Positions 1 through 13,200 of a stretch of 64,000 nucleotides of DNA are shown here, piece by piece. The notes under the pieces were generated by a model, which was given only the letters and a program-made list of their open reading frames with translations, was not told the DNA's origin and did not search any database. The first letter of the stretch is position 1. Each line of letters begins with the position of its first letter. Made by a program: the position numbers and the translations under genes. The stretch covers positions 30,380,001 through 30,444,000 of the forward strand of contig CM022665.1 of assembly GCA_012295275.1 (NCBI GenBank). Direction: 5' to 3'. Origin of the DNA: Chrysomallon squamiferum (lineage: Eukaryota; Animalia; Mollusca).

Positions 1-219
1 CTTTAATCATTACATTATTTTTCTGTTTCTTTTATGTATATTTATTATTTTTAAAATCACACACAAAAAAACATATATGTGGGTGCGTGTAAGCATATAT
101 ATATAATATATATTATATGACATCTAATAAACCATTAAATATTATTTTTACTAATACAGTAAACATATATAGTAATAGTAAAGTATTATGTGATAACAAA
201 TGTGTATGATCTCTTTCAG

Positions 220-338
220 ACGTTCTGTGTTATTGGCAAGGACAAGACAATCTACCGGTTCAGCGCCTGCGACGCCCTGTTTTTGCTGACTCCATTTAAC
301 CCCATCCGCCGTGCAACCCTTTTCATTCTCGTCCATCC
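220..338 (+). CDS. Nav1: Nav exon, N-terminus (TFCVIGK...ILVHP)
   Basis: tttcag acceptor; followed by U12 donor ATATCCTTT. Confidence 0.92.
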
Positions 339-1584
339 ATATCCTTTTAACATGACCATTACCAGGCCTACTGTCACCACTATCACTATGATCACTATTA
401 CTACTCTGTTGCAAACACCGTTACTACTACTACTACTATTGTTATTACCATCAGCATCAATTCTACAGCTACTACTCCTACTGTTAGTAGTACTACAGTT
501 ATTGCTTCTATTAATATCAGCAATATTATTATTACTGCTCCTACTTCTACTACTACTAATAAAAGTATTACTAGTGCTACTACTATAATCACTACAACAA
601 CGACATCGACAAGAACGATGACCACAACTGCTACTGTTGGTAGTAATATTATCACGATTGCTACCATTACTGACGCTTCTATTATACCGCCAGTAATAAT
701 AATAACAATAATAATAATACCAAATATATATATATATTAAATAAATAAAAAATAGTAAATAAATAAACGGAAAAATGAAAACGTTAAAGATTATTTTAGA
801 AATTTCGAGACAAAAAAACAAACAAAAAAGAATGGATTCTTGGAAAAGCCGAAAAAAGAGACATGAAGGAATGAAAGGCAATAAAAAGAGTCGTTTTAAA
901 AAAACAGATTTTTAAAACTACATTTTTTATTTCTTTCTACGACTTTAAATGTCAAAGTTAGTCAAGTAATTTCAAGACCCTCTATGGAAATTACTTCTGG
1001 TGCATTAGAGCACGAGATCTGATATAAATGCGCAAATAAGCGACGAATGATAGCAATCGAAATCGACGGCTTTCTGCTGTAAAGCATAAAAATCACCTAT
1101 TAAATTTTGTAGAGACAGACTAGCGACATTTAACAAAAAATATACTATTTTTTAAATAGGGAGTGATTGCCTTAACACAACAAGATTTCAATGGTTTATT
1201 TAGAAAATTGTTACTTATGTATACAAGGAAAATTATTTTTGTTCTTTTACTTTTGGCTGATTTTTTTTAGGCCAGTGTTATGCATTTATATGAAACAAAT
1301 GATAAAATATACAATTATAATTCGACGACTGCATTTCTTGTAACTACAAAAACACTGGCCAGTGTTCCGACCTAAAAAAAAAAAAGGGTAAACATATTGA
1401 CTGAAAGTATCGGCTCAATGACCGGGACCTACGGTGTAGTGTATTTTGGTTGAGTGGTGAATTGTGATACTGTTATCCCTAATTCTTACTCTCTTCTATT
1501 CAGTATTTTGAAGTTATTCAAATTCCCAGTTTAGTATGTGTCATTTTACATCTTCACAAATCTTATTAAATCTTCAAAATGATG

Positions 1585-1619
<35 letters not shown>

Positions 1620-1932
1620 TTAATTAATTTAAAGAAAAACTAAGTTTTAATAATGTTTGTCTAAAATCATTTATCAAATATAACTACTTTTTTCCCCCTC
1701 CCCAACACTGGTTTTCTAATATTGTTTTATTAATCGTGTGTGAGTGTGTGATATTAATAATACTTATTGTGTTAATTATATGAAACATTTGTACTTGTGC
1801 GATTTCCTTAACACCACTCACAATGTTTAGTCTTTTCATCATGCTTACCATCATTGTTAACTGTGTCTTCATGACAAACACAAATGCACCAGAAGATTAT
1901 GTCGAGTGAGTTTTTTATTTTTATTTCCTCTT

Positions 1933-2023
<91 letters not shown>

Positions 2024-2131
2024 TTATGCAGCAGGTATTTCTATCAGTCCATCTTCTCTCAAAGTCTGTTTGTCTTTCTACCTATCAATCAGTCTGTCTG
2101 TCTATCCGTTATATATGTATCTATTTATCCA

Positions 2132-2201
<70 letters not shown>

Positions 2202-3981
2202 TTGTCTGTCTATCTCTCTATCTATCAGTCTATCTATCTATCTCTTTATATATCTATACATTCCACACTCTTATTGTATTCATTCTGTCCTCAATTTTTC
2301 AGATATATCTTTACTGGTATCTACACTGTAGAAGCTATAGTGAAAATAACTTGCCGGGGATTTGTCATGACTCCGTTCACTTATCTCAGAGATCCCTGGA
2401 ACTGGCTCGATTTTTTTGTAATCAATGTGGCGTAAGTTTTTTTTTTCTTTTTTCTCCTCATTATCGTTCAGTGAGTCATTATTCTTCATTTTTCTGACTT
2501 CACTTAAAAACTGTATTAAAGATATGTATTATGAGCCATAAATACACCAAGTCAAAGGAATTTATTTTGCTGTTTATGCAAAACTGTTGACAAACGTAAG
2601 AGTAACCCTTACAAATAGCAGCTACTTTAAATCAATATAAAAACAAAACACTCATACAGAATATATAAATAACAAACGAAAACAGTATAATATCCTTCAC
2701 ATTATAATTAAGTGCCTTTTTTTATAAGTAAATCTGTTCTGTGTGCATATTAACAGATGCAAAATTTCAAAGCAGAACTTCAAAACTGATATCTATTGTT
2801 TTAATTTCAGGTATATAACAATGGCTTTGCCATTTCTAGGAAATCTTTCGGCGTTGAGAACATTTAGGGTGCTTAGAGCTCTTAAAACAGTAGCTGTAAT
2901 ACCAGGTATAGTTTTTGACATTAACATTATAAATACTCTGATATACAAGTCTGTCTGTCTGTCTGTATGTATGTATATATTGTGTATGCATGTATGAATG
3001 TGTAGGTATGTGAACAGGCCTGTATAGATATATATGTATGTTTGTTATTAAATATGTATATATATATATATATATATATATTTATGTGTATGTGTGTATA
3101 TTATATGTATAAGTGATAACTCAAGCAGATAGATAGTAACTGTTAGACATCCAGACATTAAGTTAGAAAACCAGACAGACAGACAGACAATGTTTTTGAT
3201 AATTCATTTCTTCATAAGGTTAAATATTCAGTAATAACAGGCTAAAATAACATATAATTTTATTAAAATGATGCAGCAAAATATCTGCTTTTGTATCATC
3301 GCCATTACGCTAAATAACATATTTTTGTTTCATGATTTTTTTTTTTTTTTTGGGGGGGGGAATGTTTAAAAAACAAAAAACTTAATTAATAATTTTCTTT
3401 TTTCTTGTTGTATAGGACTGAAAACCATTGTGGGTGCCTTATTGGAAGCTGTTCGCCGCCTCCGTGATGTAATGATCTTGACGGTGTTTGTACTGTCCAT
3501 TTTTGCTCTTGTCGGGATGCAATTGTACTCGGGCCAACTGCTCAACAAATGTGTCAGAAACTGGACCATGGTACTCGGACCCAACGTCTCAGACGAGGAA
3601 TGGGAGGCCTACGTTAACGATAGTTGTACGTTCAGTTTGACGTTTTTATTTTAAATATTTTTACACGCACAAAAATACACACACACACACACACGCATAT
3701 GCACGCACGCTCACATATTCGTACTTACATACATATTTATTTATATAACAAAATACTTCAGGCAAAGCTAATAATAAAAAAGCCTAACAACAATAATATC
3801 AACATATATGAACAAACACGATAGTGATATTAATATTAGTAATAACAAACAACAGCAACACTTGGCACTTAAATATTGAGCTTAATTTCCACTGTAATAT
3901 TTCAGCAAACTGGCAGAGATTAGGTGATGGGGAATATCAAGTTTGTGGCAATGGAAGTAGTGCAGGGTAAGAATAATATAA

Positions 3982-4012
<31 letters not shown>

Positions 4013-6410
4013 ATGAAATTTAATAACATTATAGGAAGAGATATTACTATATAGTACAATATATATATATATATATATTGTTTCATTTGATTCTTCTCCC
4101 TAATCTATGCTAATAATTAAAAACAAATTATAAAGATTCCATAGAAAGTGGTATTTTTGTTTTCGTTCTGACGTCATATCGTACATAGATATAAAATACG
4201 AATAAATGATTTATTGAGGATAATGGCAACTTTACTGAGTCTAGCAAATTTTTTTCTTACATTTTTTTATACGAAAAGACTTGGAGATAAATGTGGAAAT
4301 AACAGCTTCAATGCATTTTTATTAACATACTATTTGTGTTGTCCAAGATATTTTTAACAATGACCTAGAACAACAAAAAACCAATATAAATTTCATATTA
4401 TTTTGTTTTAGTTAAATTGTTTATTAGCTGTGTGATCTGCCATCAAAGGTACATTTTAAAGATTATAGATTCTGATGAGAATATGTTGCCTTGTCTGACA
4501 AATTATCTGTATATATGTCTGATTAACACATTCTATTGCACAGCAAAGTAATATTTTAGTATTGTTAGAAACCTTACTAATTTTGAAACAGTTATCAAAC
4601 ATATATAAATACGTAAATAAATTAATAAAAATAAATAAAAAAATACAAAATAAATAAATAATAGAAAATTTTAAATATAAAAATACTGCTAATAAATTAT
4701 AGAGTCTACTAAAATTACCGATACTGGTATTTTCAGCTACTGCTAAGAAATGATTTAATTTTATTTAAACGTTTCTTGTTTAGGCAATGCATGGAGAACT
4801 ACACGTGTCTGAAGAAGCTGGGTGTTAATCCAAACCATGGCTACACGAGTTTCGACAATTTCGCTTGGGCTCTTCTATGTGCCTTCCGTCTCATGACACA
4901 AGATTTCTGGGAGTCACTGTATCATTTAGTAAGAATGTCAATCGACTTCTTTTACTATTTATAAAATAAGCTTTAAATTTCAATTAAAGTCTGTGTCGTA
5001 AAAATACCTGTATATGAAGAAAACAATCTAAATGAATTTTGCAAACTTAATATTAAGTGTCTTAGTTTTTAATATCATTCAGTCCAAAATCATGCCTAAT
5101 CATAATTATCAGTATTATCAGTGGTATCATTATTATCATCGTTACTGTTATCGTCAGCATTTTCATCATAATTTTCAAACTTACGATTGATTTTCTTATC
5201 AGCATTGATACCAGTATCATCATACTGTCATAGTCGTCTTAGTCATTATCATTGTTGTCAACATCATCACATTATCGTCATCATCATTACGATTATTATT
5301 GTTATTATTATTATATTACAGGTATTGCGTGCTGTTGGTAACGTGCACGCTCTATACTTCGTACTAGTTATATTGCTGGGCTCGTTCTACTTAGTGAATC
5401 TCATCCTGGCCATCGTCGCCATGTCGTATGACGAGCAGCAGAGAAAGGACGCCGAGGACGCTGCTGATGAAGCAGCAGAACGATTGGTAAGAGATGTCAC
5501 TTGTATGTAGCGCGGTCCATAACTTCTGTGAACACCAACAGATATTATGATCATTTTTTTTTTTAATTAAACAGCAAATACTCGTAGAAATGCAAACACA
5601 AGCGAAGTAATGTTTACTTAACTGAATTTATGTTTAGAAGACAGATTTGAGTTATTTTATATCTTCGGTTGACTCTGTTGAAGCCTGAAAACGCACAAAA
5701 TCTAAATTTTAATTTTTATACTCACTGTGTTTCGAACTAAATTCAGTTAATTAGGGCATTAGTTTAACAGAATGCAGAAACAATCGTCTGAATTCTCGTA
5801 CTGTAACATTATCTAGTTTATCGAACAATGTGACGTCATACTACTGTATTCTTTCTCTAGTATGTTTTAAGGTGAAATTATGAAAGATTCCTTACATCCA
5901 ATTGATAACGGTGCAGCTATTAATATGGTAACTGCTGACTACTTATCGCAAATTATAATCATTAGGTAAACATTCTGACAATAATAATAGTTAACACAAC
6001 AGTGCATCAACATTTTTTGGTTACTTATCATCGCCATTTCGCTAAATGACAAATTCACGTTATTGGTCACTTTTGTTGTTGAAACGTGTTGTTGTTTAAA
6101 CAAATAAATATTAATTTGATTTTTTTTTTTTTTTTTTCCAGCTGGAGGACGAACGTCGGGAGATGTTGTCTAACATGGACAACACATCTATATGCGAAGG
6201 TCTGCCGGACAAGGTGGACGAAAAAGACGAAGTGAGTGTTTATTCTGAACAATCAGCAAGCAGTTTTCTCCAGCCCAACGCAAAAACACAAAAACGAGTG
6301 AGTGTCTTTAAATTACGTCAGACACTGTTTGAGCCGTGTGTGTGTATTGGTGCTTATAAAGTAATCAATAATGATAAGAAAATCTGGATCAGCAAGTGAT
6401 ATAAAAAAAA

Positions 6411-6457
<47 letters not shown>

Positions 6458-9400
6458 TCAAAGTTTGAAGTATCATTCATAAAGAATACATTTATATTTT
6501 ATTTACTTTGTAAAATATAAATCAGTATATAGAAAAAAAGATTAAAGATATATTTTATTACTGCTAGTGTATATAAAAATTATAGATTTCTGTAATAAAT
6601 TAACTATCATTTATTTAAATTACCGTTTAAAACGTTTCTATTGATCTTTTCAATTCATAATAGCTGTATTGTCTGCGTAATGCTATATCAACATAATTAT
6701 TAATATATTTTAAATTTTCATCTTTGCTTCATCTGTTATTATTCATTCGCTTGCCGTTTCATTTATGTTACAAGAAGCTTGTTATGGTTCTGCAAGCCTT
6801 GCATGAACTTGTTGGCTTTTCTTGTCTTTCATAATAAAATAAAGGCTTTTTTTTTAAAAAAGAGCAAAGAATATGTGTTTGCTGCCTAGTTAATTATTAA
6901 AGTAGTAACTAAAACCTCGTAATATATTTATAATGTTATAAATATATCTGGGAGCAAATTTCTTTTTGATGACAATATTTTCAGTATAAACTACGAATTT
7001 AACAAAGTAATAACTAAAACACATAAATCTCTTCAGAATCCTATGAATATAAGTGGGAAGTAACTGACTTAGTCCTGTTGTTGAAATTTTTAATATAAAA
7101 AACATATATATGGAAAGATGATATATCTAGGGTATATTTCAGTTTGTGTTTATTATTCCAATTTAATCTTCAAGTAGAGGATTTGTTTATAAAGAGTTGG
7201 TTATGTCCGGTGATTTCACCAATAAGTTTTAGAAAAGTGACAGAAAAAAAGGATTTCCTTCAGATGCAAATCATTCCCTGTTAAATATGACTGCAATAGA
7301 AAATGGCTTTAAGATGCATGGCGTTTTGTTTGGTTTTACATTCCAATCTCCATTCAAGTTTGAATCAAACATTTTTAACATTTGAAAAACCCAAGACCCC
7401 GGTTAGCATTGTGTTTAGTATTTATTCTCGGCATGACAGAAAAGAATAGTTATAGTATCGCTGTTTAACTAAGATTGTGTCGAGTTGTCGTGATACAAAA
7501 AGGGCAGACAAGGAGTTTTACTCGCTTGTATATTGATGTTTTCAGGACAGTCTTAGTCTGCCTGGCTCGCCATTCGTGTATCGACGCAACAGCAAAGCCA
7601 GTCAGTTCAGCTGGAAGAAAAAACCTCTCAGAGCCACAGATCGCCAGCCACTCGTACACCAGAACCTGGAAAATCTCCCTCTTCCATACGCTGATGATTC
7701 GACAGCCGTGACTCCGTCATCAGACGATCTATGCAATTTTCCCTTTTACAAGAACCTCCCCAATGGGAGACGGTTCAGTATTGCGTCCCAGACGCGAAGA
7801 CATCGGCCAGATGGAAAGCCTCCGTCAAGGAGAAGCAGTTTCGCCTCTAACATTAGCAGGGCGTCGAGGAAGAGCAGGAAGTCGGCCACATCTCCATTAG
7901 ATCCCCTTACTAAGGAGAGCAAGATGGAGAGGCTGTTCAATTTTAGCCGCAAAGGCAGTCAGAGGGTCCCCGATGTCGTCGTCGATAAACCGAAAAAAGA
8001 CGACGCCGTAAGTCAAATGTTGACTGAAAAGACTTTTCATTATTTTGAATTCACTTTAAATTTTAATGCCCTGCACAGAGTTTGATAACTTGGGCCAACA
8101 TTTGCTGCTTAATTATTATGTTTTATTCATCCTGCTCAGTTTTATGTTCTTGGCCCAGTTTACTGATTTGTTATCCAATCATCGGTAATACATCTTCATA
8201 ACGTTATTGTGAATCCCAGTTTAAAAAATAAATAAATCATAATTTAAAACTATCTCACATTGTACATACGAGTTATTAGTAACTATATACAAAAACAAAA
8301 CAACAACATAAAATTAAAATAACATGCTACATCAAATAACCATGAACAAGCAATATAAAGAAAAAAGGAATTTCTAAATTATATCGAGTTTTGCAGTATT
8401 ATATTTTTCATTTTATTTTTATTACTGTTTTATTAAACAGGTAAATATATAATAATCTAGCAAAATTTTTTTTTATTAATTTGATCATGTGTTTTTATTC
8501 TTCATTAAATTATAATTTAGCATTTTTGCTTCTTAGTTATTTAAAAAAATTAAAAGCAAAGTACTTTTAAATTATTATTATTACCGGCTATCTTTAAAAA
8601 AATGGTAATAAATTTTTTTTTTCTTTCTCATGAAAACATGCATGCCATGCAATTAATTTTTTGCATGCTTCTTTTGCACAAGCATATTTCAGTCATGTTT
8701 TAATCATAATAATTATATTTTGTTTGTGCAATAATTTATATAATTTCTGCTTCATATTCGAGAATGTTCATTTCAAATCACGACATCATCCATTCCACTG
8801 ATTTCTTTTTATTATATTTTTAAATTAACTAGTGAATAACAGAAATATATTTACTCAAGGAATAAAGAGTTTCATGGGTAATTAATATACATAATGTTAA
8901 AAGTATCAAATAGTAAATTGCAAGTTTTGTTTACCTAAATATTATTTCTTAATTCTTCATTGGAAATGAGTTTTTATTTACATCTTTTCTATTTTATTCT
9001 ATTTTATTTTTATATAAAATAAAAAAAAATACATTTTTAATAAATTTTATTTCATTACATTTTATTTAGTCTGTAACGCATTTTGAAACATGTACTACAA
9101 CAAAAACACACAAAAAAAAAAAAAAAAAAATGTAGAGAGAGAAAAACATGATCGACTCGCAATTACGATCATAAACACTTTTATAAATTTCTTTTCATGA
9201 CAAATGTTCATAATTTACTATTTTGTGTTTAAATATATTTTATTGTTAAATCTGTATATACAACTATTTAGCTATACTTGTTTAAAGTAACATGTAATAT
9301 ATATAAATTTAACAAATATATAATAATATATTTAGAATGAATATGCAATAATGTTTGAACAGGCTCAGGAAACGGGAAGCATTAGCAGTAACGCATCAGA

Positions 9401-10225
9401 CAGCATTGTGGACAAACAACCAACCAAATCACAAAGCAACCCGTTTCTGTACCCGTCACCTACTGCTGCTAACGTTGATATGAAAGGTCTGTAACAATAT
9501 TTAAATTTCTCTACCTAACTGTAGAAACAGTCGGAATTAGCCATTTTATTATGACATAACATTAATGTCTCATTAACTACGCTGATGCTAACAAAAAGAA
9601 CAATATAGAAGTATATTCGGTCAATTAACTGAAATGTTCTGATTCTACTGAATCTAATTTTTTTTACCAATTTTAGAGATGTGTTAATTATTTCTGCTTA
9701 AACATAATTATTTGTTGAAATAAAAGACATACATACGTAATATTATATATATATATATTTTTTTTTTTTTTTAATGTTTTTTTTAGATGTTATGGTGTTA
9801 AAAGATCTGATAGACCATGCTTCAGGACATAGAAGAAGTAAGCTTTTCAGTTAATTAATACTGTTACTGTCATCTCTTTACTGCTATATTATCAACATCA
9901 TCAACATCAACGTCATTCGGCCCTGGCGCAACAAAGCCCTTCTTGCGATATGGCACCAGTCAGCTTGATCGTCTGCTAGTTTAATATTTATAATAATAAT
10001 AATCGTAATACTATTATTGCTATTGATGTTCCTGCTGCTGCTGAAATTGCTACCACTTTTACTATCCGTACTACAACTACTTCAGTGACGGCTATTGCTA
10101 CTTCTGTTACTACTACTAGCACAATTAATATTAATACTAGCATTTGTACCTGTATTACATTACTGTCATTACTACAACTACTACTGTTAGTACTACTACT
10201 TCAGTTTCTTCTTCTTCTTCTTTTG

Positions 10226-10264
<39 letters not shown>

Positions 10265-13200
10265 TAACTGTATTATTGTATTAACTTTCAGGTTTTATGA
10301 GTGGTACTAGCGGTGTCCAGCAACCAACAATGAGAGAAAAAATGTTTAAGTATTTTTGTGTCTGGGACTGTTCTCCAAAGTTTCAAGTGGTACAAAAGTA
10401 TGTGTGTTTGTTCATCATGGACGCCTTTGTCGACCTCTTCATCACTCTGTGCATCCTTGTCAACACCACGTTCATGGCCATCGATCACTGGGAGATGTCA
10501 AAAGAATTACGAGATATGTCTGATGTAGCAAACAAGGTGAGAGTTCGCTGGTCTTCACTGCGTAGGCTGGCTTTTACTAACAAGGCACACCATTGGTGTT
10601 TACTAGCATAATCTACCATTGTTTTTTCAGTAACAAGGTCAACATTATTGTTTATAACAAGACTCCCCATTGGTGTTAGCTTAAAATGTTTATTAACACT
10701 GGTCTTAAGAAAACGTTATGTTTTGAGTTTGACTTACAAAATGATGCTGTTCTGGTAATATTTTTTATTATTTTATTTTTTTAATTTTATTTACTAGCGG
10801 GTTTCTTATTTCTTCTTCTTCTATTTCTGTTATCAAACCTGATCTTATTTTATTGATTTATTTTTTTAACGTTAATTTTTTTATTTTATTAAATATAATT
10901 TTTATTTTATTGATTAATTTTTTTTATTTATTTTTTTTTTTTTTTGTGTGTTTGTGTTTGTTTTTTTTTTTTTTTTTTTTTTTTTTTTTGTAGATAGGAC
11001 TGGCAGCTCATTAATCAGTAAACAAGCAAAACAAACAAAATATACTTAAATATAAAACAGAAAAGAAACTATTTTGCGTAATAATATTATTCCAAGAATG
11101 AACTTCCAGGATCTAAATTATATTATTATTGTTAAATAATTTTAAAAATGATTACCACCTAGTATTTCATCTGTCTATTCCTTGATCTATATTTTTCTCT
11201 TTTTTTTTCCCCAGTTATTTACATCAATATTTGCAGCAGAGGCCTTCCTCAAAATATTGGCACTGAGTCCCGTTAATTATTTCAAAGACAAATGGAATGT
11301 GTTTGACAGTATTGTAGTGGCTCTTAGTTTAATGGAGTTAGCCCTCGTTCAAGTCCAGGGATTATCAGTCTTACGAGCTTTCAGATTGGTGAGTTAGAAA
11401 GACATAGAGACAGAATATTTAAAGAATAGTTCGCGTTCGAATAGTGTTAGATGTAAGAAATATCAGCAGTTCTATACATACATACATTCAGACATCAGAC
11501 ACACACACACACACACACACACCATATGAATAAATATGTGTTTCAGATTCGAATAGTATTGTTTAATATGCAGTTGAAAAATTAATACTATTTAATATGC
11601 ATTTCAGGAATTAATATTCTTTAGTACGTCTTTCAGAATTTATTATTCTTTAATATACCTTTCAGAAATTAAAATAATTGTATAAATTAATGTTTTTTAG
11701 TAATTAAAGTCGTATAATAGTTAACTGTTTAATAGTTATTAATGTTGTTTTTAACATCTCTGTTTCAGTTACGAGTATTCAAACTGGCTAAATCATGGCC
11801 TATTCTTAACATGCTCATTTCTATAGTGGGAAGGACTATGGGAGCGCTAGGAAATCTAACCATAGTTCTTGCAATTGTTGTTTTTATTTTTGCTGTTATG
11901 GGTCAGCAACTGTTCAGACCCTCATACCAGCTATATAATAACCACACCTTGTTCCCAGACAGCAATGGGATGCCAAGGTGGAACTTTGATGATTTTCTTC
12001 ATTCATTTATGATCGTTTTCCGCGTTCTTTGCGGAGAGTGGATTGAATCCATGTGGGGATGTATTATAGTAGCTGGATACCAGTGTGTTCCATTTTTCTT
12101 ACTCACAATGATAATTGGAAATTTAGTAGTAAGTTATTTTATTTACTTCATCTTTAACGTTTGTTTCTCTTTTTGAAAAAAAAAACAAAAACAAAAAACA
12201 AAACAATAATATAATATATATATATTATAATTACTATTATGTAAATGTGATTTGAACACTTTAAGATATGTCAATATTTCATAAAAGATTATAATGTTTA
12301 ATGAATGAAATCTTGGTCTTTATTATTATTAAGGTAAATATGCCTATACATTCTTGTTTTTCTTTCTTTTTGCTTTTTGTAAGATCCGAAAACATAAAAG
12401 GATATAAAACTGAACATAACAGAAATATTTTTACGTCATTAAAAGGAAAGGCACAAAGGTTTAGTCTTACCACTTTCTGTAATTATATTTAAATTACAAG
12501 TACTATGTCCAAAATTAATATATGTTAATTCATTTTCTTACTTTGAACAAATTATTACCAAATCATAATAATAATTATTGTTATTATTATTTAGCTCTTG
12601 GATACAAATTTAAATGTTTCTTCTTAAAGATATTATCACCTTTTAATGACACTTCCAAAATTCTGAATGCCAGTGAATCATATATAAACATTTCACTTTA
12701 CATTTCATTACAGGTTTTAAATCTTTTTCTTGCCTTGTTACTGAGCTCATTCGGAGCTGAAAGCTTTCAGCGATCTCAAGCGGATGATGAACCCAACAAA
12801 CTTGCAGAAGCCTTCAGCAGATTTTCTCGCTTTGGCAGCTGGATCAAGGTGAAAATCATTGTGTGTGTGAAAGGGAAACTGCAGAGGAAGACCAAACGAC
12901 CAGGAGGGCCAATCATCTCCCCGAGTTCATCTCGCCCGGAGCTGAACGGAAAGGACCCAATGGTGGATGGACAAGCTGTTATGGGTAATGGCAACGTCTG
13001 TGACATCGTACAGACAGAGGAGGGTGGAGTTCTGTCAGTTTCAACTAAAACAGGTTCAAATTGAAAAAAAAAAAAAAAAAAAAAAAAAGATAAAAAAGAA
13101 AAGAAAAAATACTAAAGATAAAATCCAAAATGGAATGGTATACTGCTAACGCTTTTTGGCCACGCCTGCTTTTGCAGTTCTTAGTCCTTCCTCTGTGCTT

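Noticed and set aside
151-881. Long ORFs 190-588, 252-881, 401-667, 151-414
   Set aside because: Apart from exon 220-338 these are read-throughs of degenerate (CTA/TTA/CAA)n intronic sequence.
965-998. Stem-loop aagtaatttc...gaaattactt
   Set aside because: A 10-bp AT-rich stem is expected by chance and has no ncRNA features.
1808-2331. Poly-RE, poly-SL and IYLS ORFs
   Set aside because: Translations of (CT)n and (ATCT)n microsatellites.
11823-11831. Val at the insect super-kdr M918-equivalent position (ISIVGRT)
   Set aside because: Non-insect channels commonly lack Met here and the kdr Leu (GNLVV) is intact, so there is no evidence of resistance selection.
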